Assembly: GCA_049290195.1 (NCBI GenBank)
Contig: JBATNE010000244.1
Coordinates: forward strand, 145-64,144
Source of the DNA: Candidatus Zixiibacteriota bacterium
GTDB taxonomy: Bacteria > Zixibacteria > MSB-5A5 > GN15 > FEB-12
Length of the DNA stretch: 64,000 nt
Reading direction: 5' to 3'
Part shown: one piece after another, positions 32,139 through 41,855 of the stretch
Layout of the letters: every line of letters begins with the position of its first letter
How positions within the stretch are numbered: the first letter of the stretch is position 1
Program-made: the position numbers and the translations under genes
Notes under the pieces: model-generated
What the model was told of the DNA's origin: nothing
Seen by the model: the letters and a program-made list of their open reading frames with translations, nothing else
The model's database searches: none

Positions 32139-33602
32139 TCAGCTTCTGGCGCGATTTGGTACTGAATTTGTAGCGCGCGACGCCCTGGCCCGGCTCCCAG
32201 CCGCGATGACCAGCGCCAGCACCATCAGACCGGCGGCGACAGCGAATGTCATCCGCATGCCACTCGCGACCAATTCCGGATGCGCCGAGGCCATGTCGGT
32301 GGTCTTCGAGGCCAACGCGAACAGCGCCCCCATCACCGACGCTCCGGTGATCAGGCCGAGATTGCGCGAAAGATTCAGCATCCCGGAAATCAGCCCCCGC
32401 TGATCCGGAAGCACACCGGCCATCACGACTGTGTTGTTCGATGTCTGAAAGAAGGCGTATCCCGAAGTCGTCACCACGATCGGCAGGATATAGCCGACAA
32501 TTCCAAACGAATCTGGAATGAGTGACAGAAGCAAACAGCCTGCGGCCATCGCGGCAAGGCCAGCGATACTGACCAGTCGTGCGCCAAATCGGTCCGCGAT
32601 GCGACCAGCTGGTACGCCGGTGAATGCGACCACAATCGGACCGACCGACAACAGAAGCCCGACCCGCGCGGCATCAAGACCGAGCGCGAGGGAGAGGTAG
32701 AACGGTCCAACCACGAGCGTGGACATCATGACGGTCGATACCAAGAGGCTCATCGCGAGGCTCGCACTCAACGACAGATCGCGGAACATGACCAGTCGCA
32801 CGAGCGGCGCCTGTACGCGCGCCTCGACAAAGAGAAAGAATGCACAGCCGACTAGAGCCGCGATCAAAAGCGCCAGCGTGAGCGGACCAAAACTACCGCG
32901 CCCAATTGTCATAGCGAGCGCATACGAAGCCAGAGTCAACGCAAGCAGCACAGTTCCGAGTGTGTCGAATTTGACTCGTTCGAATCTCGCTATGGCACGA
33001 TCGATCGGCAAGTAGCGGTGAGCCAGAAGAAGCGTCAGGATCCCGACTGGAACATTGACCAGAAAGATCGCCCGCCAGCTGAGCGCGGAGATCAGGAATC
33101 CGCCGAGCGATGGTCCCAGCGCTGTCCCGACAGCGGACATGGTGCCCAATAGCCCCATCGCACTGCCGATCCTGGCTTTGGGCACAGTCTCGCCGACAAA
33201 GGCAATGCTCAAGGCCATCATGGTGGCGGCTCCGAGTCCCTGCGCGGCACGAGCGACCACTAAGAGCCAGAGGGTCGGGGCCAAGCCGCACAGGACCGAG
33301 GCGATCGTGAAGAGGTAGATGCCGCCAAGCAGCAATCGCTTTCGTCCGATCATGTCGCCGAGCCGTCCGGCACTGACAATCAGAGTGGTGATGGCGAGCA
33401 GGTAGGCGAGGACGATCCACTGGACTTCCTGAAAAGTCGCGCCGAACACCTGGGCAAAAGTCGGCAACCCGGCGTTGGCGATACTGGTGTCGAGCGAAGA
33501 CATCAGCATCGGCAGGGAGAGGCTGGCGAGCGCCCATCGGATCGAACCGCTCGGTTCGGTGGTCGCGGCGGCACTGGCGATAGGGTGTACTTCGGTTTTC
33601 AT
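32139..33602 (-). CDS. MFS transporter, DHA2/EmrB-like (14 TM) drug:H+ antiporter family
   Basis: SLDTSIANAGLPTFAQ and GRLGDMIGRKRLLL motifs and about 14 hydrophobic helices. Start chosen at MKTEVHPIA (33602). Divergent from a LysR regulator. Confidence 0.85.
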   Translation of the reverse strand: MKTEVHPIASAAATTEPSGSIRWALASLSLPMLMSSLDTSIANAGLPTFAQVFGATFQEVQWIVLAYLLAITTLIVSAGRLGDMIGRKRLLLGGIYLFTIASVLCGLAPTLWLLVVARAAQGLGAATMMALSIAFVGETVPKARIGSAMGLLGTMSAVGTALGPSLGGFLISALSWRAIFLVNVPVGILTLLLAHRYLPIDRAIARFERVKFDTLGTVLLALTLASYALAMTIGRGSFGPLTLALLIAALVGCAFFLFVEARVQAPLVRLVMFRDLSLSASLAMSLLVSTVMMSTLVVGPFYLSLALGLDAARVGLLLSVGPIVVAFTGVPAGRIADRFGARLVSIAGLAAMAAGCLLLSLIPDSFGIVGYILPIVVTTSGYAFFQTSNNTVVMAGVLPDQRGLISGMLNLSRNLGLITGASVMGALFALASKTTDMASAHPELVASGMRMTFAVAAGLMVLALVIAAGSRARASRATNSVPNRARS

Positions 33603-33696
33603 ACCTTCAGTGTCGGCCAAAAAGGAACATAGCGCAAGACGCACCAATTGCACATTATAGTTGCGCTAAACGCCATATGTGCCGTATGCTGGAGAT

Positions 33697-34602
33697 ATGT
33701 CCACACCCGATTTCAATCTGTTGGTCACGCTCGATGTTCTGTTGGCAGAAGGAAGTGTTGTCCGTGCCGCCAAGCGGCTCAAGCTCAGTTCATCGGCGAT
33801 GAGTCGTGCGCTAGCCCGGTTGCGCGAGACCACCGGCGATCCGCTGTTGGTGCGGGCCGGTCGCGGACTGGTGCCGACTCCGCGTGCAGTGGAACTTCGA
33901 GAGCTGGTCAACCGACTGGTGCAGGATGGTCAGGCGGTGCTCAGGCCGGTCGAAAAGCTCGACCTGAGGAATCTGGTTAGGACATTCACCCTGAGATCAA
34001 GCGAAGGGTTCGTAGAGAACTTCGGGCCGCGCCTTATCGAGCGCGTGGGGAAGGAAGCTCCTTCGGTCAGACTGCGATTCGTGCCGAAGCCGGACAAAGA
34101 GAGCACGCCGCTTCGCGAAGGTGCGGTCGATCTGGAAACCGGCGTGGTCGATAGCAGCACCAGTCCGGAGCTCCGAACTCAGGCGTTGTTCAGAGATCGT
34201 CTGATAGGCGTAGTGCGGGCGAAACATCCGCTGGCAAGAGGGAGAGTCACGCCCTCCCGATATGCCGCCGGTCGCCACATTATTGTATCGCGCCAGGGGC
34301 TCGATTGGGAACCGGTCGATGATGCCCTGAAAGGGCTCAAACTGAAACGAGAGATCGTCACGATAGTGGGCGGCTTCTCGACGGCAGTCGCTCTGGCGCG
34401 CGGCTCCGATCTGATCGCCACTGTTCCTGAACGCCATACCGGTAACCTACGAGCGGGGATGCACAGCTTCCCGCTGCCAGTCACTGTGCCGGAATTCACG
34501 GTGTCACTGCTCTGGCATCCACGGATGGACGGCGATCTGGCGCATCGGTGGCTCCGGGAGTGTGTGAAAGAGATTTGTTCGAAACGTACCGGAAGACTCT
34601 AA
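33697..34602 (+). CDS. LysR family transcriptional regulator
   Basis: N-terminal wHTH DFNLLVTLDVLLAEGSVVRAAKRLKLSSSAMSRALARLRE plus a LysR substrate-binding domain. Start at MSTPDFN. Confidence 0.9.
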   Translation: MSTPDFNLLVTLDVLLAEGSVVRAAKRLKLSSSAMSRALARLRETTGDPLLVRAGRGLVPTPRAVELRELVNRLVQDGQAVLRPVEKLDLRNLVRTFTLRSSEGFVENFGPRLIERVGKEAPSVRLRFVPKPDKESTPLREGAVDLETGVVDSSTSPELRTQALFRDRLIGVVRAKHPLARGRVTPSRYAAGRHIIVSRQGLDWEPVDDALKGLKLKREIVTIVGGFSTAVALARGSDLIATVPERHTGNLRAGMHSFPLPVTVPEFTVSLLWHPRMDGDLAHRWLRECVKEICSKRTGRL

Positions 34603-34678
34603 GCGCGCTCTCGCAGTCCGTTTACCGGCCGGTCATCATCTCCGGGTTCGCGGGACAATTGTAGCTCCGTGCTTTCGC

Positions 34679-35737
34679 TTACTCCGATTTTAGCGAGGCC
34701 ATGTCGATCGAGAAGCGGTACTTCACATCGGACTTGAGCATTCGTTCGTACGCCTCGTTGATTTTCTGAATCGGGATGACCTCGACATCGGCAGTAATAT
34801 TGTGCTTGCCGCAGAAATCGAGCATCTCCTGAGTCTCGGCAATGCCACCGATGAGCGATCCGGCGAAGCGGCGTCGTCCAAATATAAGCCCAAACACCGG
34901 GAGGGCCAACGATTTCTCCGGTGCGCCGACGATCGTGAGCGTGCCGTCGCGACGAAGCAGATTGAAATAGGCGTTCAAGTCGTGGTCGGCCGACACGGTA
35001 TCGAGGATAAAATCGAAGCTACCGGCATGCTTCTGCATTTCATCGCCGACGGTGGAAACGACAACTTCGTTTGCACCCAGCCGCAGGGCGTCTTCGGTCT
35101 TGCTGCGCGAGGTCGTGAAAACAACGACATGGGCGCCGAAGGCGTGGGCGAACTTTACCGCCATGTGTCCGAGCCCGCCGAGCCCGATGATGCCCACCTT
35201 CTTCCCTTTGGTGACACCCCAGTGTCGCAGAGGGGAGTAGGTGGTGATGCCTGCGCATAGAAGCGGGGCGGTGCCGGCGAGGTCAAGATTGGTGGGGACA
35301 TGGAGAACGAATTTCTCGTGGACGACGACGCTGTCGGAGTAGCCGCCGTAGGTCTGTCCGCCGAGGTGCTTATCGACGGAATTATAGGTAAAGATCTTGT
35401 TGGAGCAGTACTGCTCCAGGCCGGCCCGGCACTCTGGACAGGACAGGTCCGAATCGACCAGGCATCCGACTCCCGCCAGTTCGCCCGATTTGAATGTGCT
35501 CACTGCCGGACCGACCTTGGTGACCCGTCCGATGATTTCGTGGCCCGGCACGACGGGATACTGCGTGCCGCCCCATTCGTTGCGAACTGTGTGCAGATCG
35601 GAGTGGCAAATGCCACAGAAGAGGATCTCGATCTGGACATCATGTTCAGTCGGATTGCGGCGAGGGATCGTGGTACGGGCGACACCGGATGTCGCGCTGG
35701 CGGCGGCGTAGGCTCTGGCATTATACATCGTCAACAT
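34679..35737 (-). CDS. Zn-dependent NAD(P) alcohol dehydrogenase (CAD/YahK-like)
   Basis: GICHSDLH catalytic Zn motif, structural Zn cysteines (CPECRAGLEQYC), and Rossmann motif GIIGLGGLGHMAVKFA. Confidence 0.9.
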   Translation of the reverse strand: MLTMYNARAYAAASATSGVARTTIPRRNPTEHDVQIEILFCGICHSDLHTVRNEWGGTQYPVVPGHEIIGRVTKVGPAVSTFKSGELAGVGCLVDSDLSCPECRAGLEQYCSNKIFTYNSVDKHLGGQTYGGYSDSVVVHEKFVLHVPTNLDLAGTAPLLCAGITTYSPLRHWGVTKGKKVGIIGLGGLGHMAVKFAHAFGAHVVVFTTSRSKTEDALRLGANEVVVSTVGDEMQKHAGSFDFILDTVSADHDLNAYFNLLRRDGTLTIVGAPEKSLALPVFGLIFGRRRFAGSLIGGIAETQEMLDFCGKHNITADVEVIPIQKINEAYERMLKSDVKYRFSIDMASLKSE

Positions 35738-36001
35738 CTCCTAAGTAGTCTATGTAGGGGAATGATACGACGGTCTTGTGTCAGGAGATAGATCAATCTT
35801 TGTTTGAGAGTAGATAGTGTTGGCGCATTGCGGTTCAGTCGGGAGTACAGTCGGTTGTTTGGGAATTCTCCGGTGCGAGACATTTCGCAATTGCGCCGGT
35901 TGTTCGGTACTGAAGTTGGTCAGCTAACGGCATGACGGTAGGACTTTCAGGACGCACTTTAAGGCGGTGACCCGACCAGGGCTGTTTGACTCTGCTTCTG
36001 C

Positions 36002-37291
36002 TTGCATTATCTTGGCCCCGTGATTGAATCTAAAGACAGGCCGTTTCTCTGGGGTGCTGCGACATCCTCGTTTCAAATCGAGGGGGGTGCCGATACCGAC
36101 ATTTCTCAGTGGGAGGCACTCGGCCGGTTTCGCTCCGGGGCACTCGATCCCCGGATTGGGATGGCCGCCGACCACTGGAATCGATGGCGGGAGGACTTTG
36201 ATCACCTAAAAGCACTCGGCGTCAACAGCTATCGGTTCTCCATCGAATGGGCCCGCCTTGAGCCGGAACCGGGGAAGTTCGATCAGGCGGTGTTTGACCA
36301 GTATTCCGATATGATCGACCGACTGCTGGAGCTTGGGATCACACCGATGCTGACCATTCTTCACTTTTCCCATCCGGCATGGTTTCACGATTACTCCCCC
36401 TGGCACAATATCTCAGCCATTGACACCTATATGAGATTTGTGGAAGAGGTCAATCGCCGTCTCCTGGACCGGGTGCCGTACGTTGTCACGCTCAATGAAC
36501 CGTTAGTCTGGCTTCTGGCCGCTTATGGCGACGCCAAATTTCCGCCAGGTGAGCGTGATCTGCGGAAACTGATGCGAAGCCTAAAGCACATGCTTCAGGC
36601 GCACCGCCAGGCTTACGATCTGATCAAAGAACATCACCCCGACACCCAGGTAGGCATTGCCCACAACATGATCGCGTTCCGTAGGGCTAGGCAGGGGAGT
36701 ATTCTGGACGGTGAGATGAAACGGCGATTGCACCGCTTCTACAATCTGCTTATCCCAAAAGCGTTTGTCACCAATCGGATCAATTTCAGCTTTCCCTTGC
36801 TTCTTAAGTTCGATGAACCGATTTCGCTCGACAATCGAATCGACTTCTGGGGCGTGAACTACTATTACCGCATGCATGTCCGTTTCCGCCTGAGACCGTT
36901 CCGGCCGTTTGATATGCTCTTTGTGCCCCGCTCAAAGCATGGGCTTTCCGATATGGGTTGGGAGATCTATCCGCGAGGGCTCTACAAGTGTTGTCGATGG
37001 CTCCGGTTCACCGATCGACCTATCATCATAACCGAGAACGGCGTCGCAACCGACGACGACACTACCCGGGTACGCTTCCTTGAGCGGCACCTGAATTTTC
37101 TCGAGCGTCTGAGGGCGGAAGGGATGGATATCCGGGGTTATTACTATTGGTCTCTTCTGGACAATTACGAATGGCTGGTCGGAACTTCGGCCAGATTCGG
37201 CCTATATCATGTCGATTACGCCAATGGGCTCCAACGGACGCTGAAGCCCAGCGGCGAATATTACGCTCAGCGAATCAGGTCAACGACTTAG
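36002..37291 (+). CDS. Glycoside hydrolase family 1 beta-glucosidase
   Basis: FLWGAATSSFQIEGG N-terminal signature, acid/base TLNEP, and nucleophile IITENG. TTG start at 36002; the start is uncertain and a GTG at 36020 is possible. Confidence 0.88.
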   Translation: MHYLGPVIESKDRPFLWGAATSSFQIEGGADTDISQWEALGRFRSGALDPRIGMAADHWNRWREDFDHLKALGVNSYRFSIEWARLEPEPGKFDQAVFDQYSDMIDRLLELGITPMLTILHFSHPAWFHDYSPWHNISAIDTYMRFVEEVNRRLLDRVPYVVTLNEPLVWLLAAYGDAKFPPGERDLRKLMRSLKHMLQAHRQAYDLIKEHHPDTQVGIAHNMIAFRRARQGSILDGEMKRRLHRFYNLLIPKAFVTNRINFSFPLLLKFDEPISLDNRIDFWGVNYYYRMHVRFRLRPFRPFDMLFVPRSKHGLSDMGWEIYPRGLYKCCRWLRFTDRPIIITENGVATDDDTTRVRFLERHLNFLERLRAEGMDIRGYYYWSLLDNYEWLVGTSARFGLYHVDYANGLQRTLKPSGEYYAQRIRSTT

Positions 37292-37393
37292 CCTCCCATT
37301 CCCCTTACCAATTACTCCTATACATCTAACCTCACCATAACATCAATAGTCGACCCTCCGTGTTACAACCATTGAGAAAGGTGGTTTAACGCG

Positions 37394-38635
37394 ATGAACC
37401 TACTGTCCCTATTACTTCTTGCCGGTGCCCTGTTCGGGCTCGCCTATACAGCAATCTCATGGCTCCTATTGGTCAGTGCTTCGCGGAAGAAGTCGGAAAA
37501 CGTCGCCCCTCTGTTCATTCCGCCGATCAGCGTATTCAAGCCGCTTAAAGGGCTCGACGAAAATCTGGCGGGTAACTTGGAGACATTTTTCCGCCAGGAC
37601 TACCCCAACTTTGAATTGATCTTTGGCGTCAATGACCTCGACGATCCGGCGATTTCCGTAGTTAGGAAGCTCCAATCAGCATATCCCCATATTGCCACCA
37701 AATTAGTGATTGATACCCATCGAGTAGGGTACAATCCGAAAGTCAACAACCTCTGCAATATGTCGAAACAAGCCAGTTTCGATTACTGGGTTATCAGCGA
37801 TAGCAACGTGAGAGTCCACAGCAGGTATTTGCTGAATTTCGTTGGGCACATGCGGGACCAGCGTATCGGACTCGTCACGTCGATCATTCGCGGCGTGGGG
37901 GGAAGGCGACTCGGAGCGAAACTAGAGAACCTCCACTTGAATTCATTCGTCGCCGCCAGCACGATTGCGGTGAACCGGTTGTCAACCATCCCGATCTCCA
38001 TTGGCAAATCGATGCTGCTTCGCCGTGAGACGATCGCGCAACTGGGCGGGTTTGAGGCGTTTTCAAATTACCTGCTTGAAGACGGCCTCATCGGACGAGC
38101 TGTTCGCGGACTCGGGCTGAAAACTGCTACCAGCATGGATGCGATTGACAATGTCAACGATACCTGGAGTGTACGGGACTTCTTCAATCGCCACTACCGT
38201 TGGGGCCTAATGAGGCGACAACTCAATATCGGCCACTATACGGGTGAGATTCTCTCGAATCCCATTTTCCTAGCGCTTGCGGCGGTGGCGGCTTCGCCGT
38301 CCGCACTTACCGCTTCCCTTCTGGGGTTGGTCTGTGCTTCCAAAGTAGCTCTTGACCTGATGACGATCCGATCCGTGGGAGGAGAGGTCAAGGTTTCCTC
38401 GGCCTTTCTGCTTCCCCTGAAGGACCTCGTGATCGCCACCGTGTGGTGGAAACCATTCTTCACCAACAGGGTCTCATGGCGGGGAAATCAGTTCCGAATC
38501 GGAGCCATGACCCGAATCAGTCCTGTCGATTCGGTCTCTTTCAAGCCTCAGAGAATTAGTTCTATACGTGAACGGCTCTCTGGGCATCTCCGGCTCACTC
38601 GTCGATCCCTGATTCCGTGGAGTTCGGAAGCTTGA
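37394..38635 (+). CDS. Glycosyltransferase, GT21 / ceramide glucosyltransferase-like (HpnI-like)
   Basis: N-terminal TM helix, then PISVFKPLKGLDENL...FFRQDYPNFELIFGV, SDSNV (D.D-like) and a (Q/R)xxRW-like HYRWGLMRR motif. C-terminal TM helices. GAAAGGTGG SD upstream. Confidence 0.8.
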   Translation: MNLLSLLLLAGALFGLAYTAISWLLLVSASRKKSENVAPLFIPPISVFKPLKGLDENLAGNLETFFRQDYPNFELIFGVNDLDDPAISVVRKLQSAYPHIATKLVIDTHRVGYNPKVNNLCNMSKQASFDYWVISDSNVRVHSRYLLNFVGHMRDQRIGLVTSIIRGVGGRRLGAKLENLHLNSFVAASTIAVNRLSTIPISIGKSMLLRRETIAQLGGFEAFSNYLLEDGLIGRAVRGLGLKTATSMDAIDNVNDTWSVRDFFNRHYRWGLMRRQLNIGHYTGEILSNPIFLALAAVAASPSALTASLLGLVCASKVALDLMTIRSVGGEVKVSSAFLLPLKDLVIATVWWKPFFTNRVSWRGNQFRIGAMTRISPVDSVSFKPQRISSIRERLSGHLRLTRRSLIPWSSEA

Positions 38636-39657
38636 TGCAGCAATCGCTGGCTCTTTCCTCCTTTAGCCAACAAGCGCCGGACTTGGGGCGTCACAGTGGT
38701 CTGTCCATTCAACGTTCCTTCATTCAAGGAAACCCTCGCATCGAAATACTATCTGGCGGCGGATCCCCAACTCCGGTGCCTGAATCGTGGCGCCCAATCC
38801 TGACGGATTCTGAAATTCTCGTTCTGGTGCCTGACATGCACATGTTCCTCTACACGTCATACCTCGACAATTTCAAGTTCGGCGCCGAGCCGATGCTCGA
38901 CTTTCTCATTCACACCGATGCGTGCCGGGAGCACTTATCAAGGGAGGGCATCCGACTAAGTCTCCATCAGCTTGGGGACATGTATGAACTGTGCTTCCCT
39001 CACCCCAAATATGGCAGACCAGTGACCGTTCGCGACATCCGCGCCTCGCATCCGATTTACGATGAAATTATCCGGCTCTTCCACGAACTCGAGTGCAAAT
39101 ACATCGTAGGCAACCACGATGCCGAACATCGTCGCCGCAGGGGTGGAGAATATGCGAGGCGAGACGGTGCCGTCTATCTCGAACATGGCTATTCGGCTGA
39201 TCGATGGTTCCACTTCAGCAACCCGGAACACCGACACTGGCGATTCTCAATGAAGGCGCTCAGAGGGATTCGGCGACTTGAGGCAAAGGCGCACCAGTTC
39301 CGAAGTCGTCTTAGTGCCTGGGATGACCAGCGCCATGCTGCGATTGGAGTGAATTCAGGGGATCAGGAAAGGGCTGGCTTGCCCAATCCGATAGATTATC
39401 CACAGAGGCAGTTGAGACACGTCGAAAATCTGGTGCGTCAATCCGAGCAACCGACTCGCGTCTGTGTCATTGCCCATACCCACAAACCGTATCTGGATCC
39501 ACACTTCGCCGGAGGGGAGTGCATCTTTGTCGATGCCGGTGCATGGACAGAGGGACGTTCTGATTTTGTGGTGATTACAAATGCTGAAATTGCAATTTGT
39601 CGCTACAAAAGAGCGGCCTGGCCAATGGCAGCCCTAAAACTGGGGAACGCCAGTTAA
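38635..39657 (+). CDS. Calcineurin-like metallophosphoesterase family protein
   Basis: Motifs LVPDMH, LGDMYE, VGNHD and IAHTHKP appear in the canonical metallophosphoesterase order. The ATG overlaps the GT stop (TTGATG). Confidence 0.65.
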   Translation: MQQSLALSSFSQQAPDLGRHSGLSIQRSFIQGNPRIEILSGGGSPTPVPESWRPILTDSEILVLVPDMHMFLYTSYLDNFKFGAEPMLDFLIHTDACREHLSREGIRLSLHQLGDMYELCFPHPKYGRPVTVRDIRASHPIYDEIIRLFHELECKYIVGNHDAEHRRRRGGEYARRDGAVYLEHGYSADRWFHFSNPEHRHWRFSMKALRGIRRLEAKAHQFRSRLSAWDDQRHAAIGVNSGDQERAGLPNPIDYPQRQLRHVENLVRQSEQPTRVCVIAHTHKPYLDPHFAGGECIFVDAGAWTEGRSDFVVITNAEIAICRYKRAAWPMAALKLGNAS

Positions 39658-39706
39658 GGATAACCGGCGATTCTACGCAGAGCACCGAAGGATATCGGGC
39701 CGGCTC

Positions 39707-39961
39707 CTACTGATTGTCTGAGGGGGAGTCCTTTGTTGAACTCAGTCGGGACCAGACACTAAGGAGGATGTCCTGGTTTGGCCTGTCACTATTCACCTGT
39801 CTGAGTCGGCTTCCCACCCCAGTGACCCAATTTGTCCAGGCAATGTCGTCGGTCTTCTGGGTGAGCTTTTCATTCCCTTCGAGAATGGTTTTGCGTGTAG
39901 CCACGCCCAGGTGAAGATCCAACATATCTGCCAGTTGGTGAAGGGGCTCGAAATCCCGCAT
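39707..39961 (-). CDS. Hypothetical 84-aa protein (last gene of the polyP operon?)
   Basis: Protein-like composition and a GGAAGGA SD about 9 nt upstream of the ATG. The overlapping + strand ORF is Ser/Arg/Leu-rich and looks like antisense noise. No family recognised. Confidence 0.4.
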   Translation of the reverse strand: MRDFEPLHQLADMLDLHLGVATRKTILEGNEKLTQKTDDIAWTNWVTGVGSRLRQVNSDRPNQDILLSVWSRLSSTKDSPSDNQ

Positions 39962-39995
39962 AACTAATCGTCCTTCCTATCGTCCTAATCCCGAC

Positions 39996-40925
39996 TCACG
40001 TTCGGGTCGACTTCTCTTTGTTTGTCTGATTGGCGGTGGTCTCGGGTTCAGTAAATGGAACGATGCCCGGTCGGGCCGACACAATCGGTTTCCACCGCTT
40101 TAGATTCGCCGACAGGCCTTTCGAAGCCGCCCTGTAACTTCTCAAGTGCTCCGTTTCGCGTACAGCGAGCTCGTTCAGGAATTTCCGATATGCTGTCTGG
40201 TCAAACAAATTTCGGGGCGTCTCCCTTTTCAAAAAGGTCGATAGACGCTCGGCCGTTACCCGATAATCATGCCACTTCCCGAGATGTGTGTAGACGTCTT
40301 TTAATGCCGCCGAAAGCTGAGATGACTCTTTGATCACCTTCGTGGAAAGCTGCCAGACATCGAGCGTATATTTTGATGCCTTTGACACCTTGCGAATGTC
40401 ATGCAGCTCCAGGTCGGTTGCCGTCCGACGACCCAGAAGCGGTGCTAAGTCCGTTACCAGCGTTTGCAACCGCCTGTCGATCCGATCAATCTTGTCGCCT
40501 GAGGTCAGAAGTTTGAGAGCCCGATCTACGCCCCGGCGGGTTTCGGCAAACGAAGCTGACCGGAACTCCTTGATCGACGTACGCAAGGCCGGTCGCAAGG
40601 CGAACTCCATTTGCTTGAGCTCATTTGCATATTCACTAATCTGGTATCGATTCAATCCGTCCAGGATGATCTCCTGCTGGATGTCTATATCCCTGAGCTG
40701 ACCGGCTACGCCGTATAGTGGCTTTAGCACGCGGGTGTGTGCGCCGGCGTCAAATGCTGGTTGGATGAACTCTACAAGCCGAAGGAAAGCACGCATCTTC
40801 TTGGTGGCAACCCGAAGGTCATGAATCCCTTCCACGGCGAAGAAATCATACGCTCGCCGTGCCCCGTCTCGGAAATCTTCAGTGACGGCGTCGTAATAGG
40901 TCAACATTGGTTCGGCGGCGGACAT
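39996..40925 (-). CDS. CHAD domain-containing protein
   Basis: All-helical, basic protein with the conserved-histidine motifs EGIHDLRVATKKMRAFLRL and LELHDIRKVSKASKYTL. Start at MSAAEPM (40925), 10 nt after the ppx stop. Confidence 0.85.
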   Translation of the reverse strand: MSAAEPMLTYYDAVTEDFRDGARRAYDFFAVEGIHDLRVATKKMRAFLRLVEFIQPAFDAGAHTRVLKPLYGVAGQLRDIDIQQEIILDGLNRYQISEYANELKQMEFALRPALRTSIKEFRSASFAETRRGVDRALKLLTSGDKIDRIDRRLQTLVTDLAPLLGRRTATDLELHDIRKVSKASKYTLDVWQLSTKVIKESSQLSAALKDVYTHLGKWHDYRVTAERLSTFLKRETPRNLFDQTAYRKFLNELAVRETEHLRSYRAASKGLSANLKRWKPIVSARPGIVPFTEPETTANQTNKEKSTRT

Positions 40926-40935
40926 CAGGATTCCC

Positions 40936-41832
40936 TTACTTCTTCTTGTGGGTCGTTGAGAGTTTCGTGTACAGCTCATAGATGAGACCGTCCGACAGAC
41001 CGAGAATCGGCACATACATTTTCTTGATACCGGCGACTTTCATAACCGAAAGATAAATGTCGGCCGCCTCCAGAATGACGTCGGCGCGATCAGGCCTCAT
41101 TCCCAGCAGTTTGACCCGTTCTTCAACCGTATAGGCGCCGACAAACTCCGCGATCGCCTTAATCTGCTTTGCCGTGAGCGGCTTTCCCTCCCGTTTGCGG
41201 GATAGTTTAAAGATGCTGTTGATACTCCCACCGGTGCCCACGGCAGCTTTGGGATGAAATGGCACCACCTTTTCGGCGAGCCATCGTTTCATGATATCCC
41301 ACTCCTGCTTGGGGCGTCCCTTTTGCAGCATACGGACGGCTCCGATTTTGAACGAGTTCGACTCGATGATCTTGCTCCGGGAGAGTAGCGTAAGTTCGGT
41401 ACTGCCGCCGCCAACATCGACATACAGCAGGGGAGAGGGAAACCGCATCGAATGGCCGACATGGCTCGAATAGATGATCGCCGCTTCTCGTTTGCCGTCG
41501 ATGATTTCTATCTCGACACCCGTGCGCTGAGCGATCGACTTGACAATCTGAGCACCGTTACGTGCCTCGCGCATGGCGGACGTGGCACAAGCAATGTAGG
41601 ATACCGCGTCGGACGCCTCGATCAGGTCCTTGAATGCTCGAATCACCGTCTCCAGCTTTGCAGCCTTTTCTTTGGAAATTCGTTGAGTGGAGAAGACGTC
41701 CTCACCGAGTCGCAAGGGGAACCGGATGAGCGAGTCCTTGACGAAGGTGACTTCCGTGCGGTCTTCAAGCACGCGAGCCAACATCAGTCGGACAGCGTTC
41801 GAACCTATGTCAATGGCAGCCAGTTTAATCAT
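40936..41832 (-). CDS. ppx: Ppx/GppA family exopolyphosphatase (N-terminal ASKHA domains only)
   Basis: MIKLAAIDIGSNAVRLMLARV phosphate-1 motif and LLYVDVGGGSTELTLL phosphate-2 motif. 298 aa. Confidence 0.9.
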   Translation of the reverse strand: MIKLAAIDIGSNAVRLMLARVLEDRTEVTFVKDSLIRFPLRLGEDVFSTQRISKEKAAKLETVIRAFKDLIEASDAVSYIACATSAMREARNGAQIVKSIAQRTGVEIEIIDGKREAAIIYSSHVGHSMRFPSPLLYVDVGGGSTELTLLSRSKIIESNSFKIGAVRMLQKGRPKQEWDIMKRWLAEKVVPFHPKAAVGTGGSINSIFKLSRKREGKPLTAKQIKAIAEFVGAYTVEERVKLLGMRPDRADVILEAADIYLSVMKVAGIKKMYVPILGLSDGLIYELYTKLSTTHKKK

Positions 41833-41855
41833 GTGGTATCCGGATCGTAGTGGGT

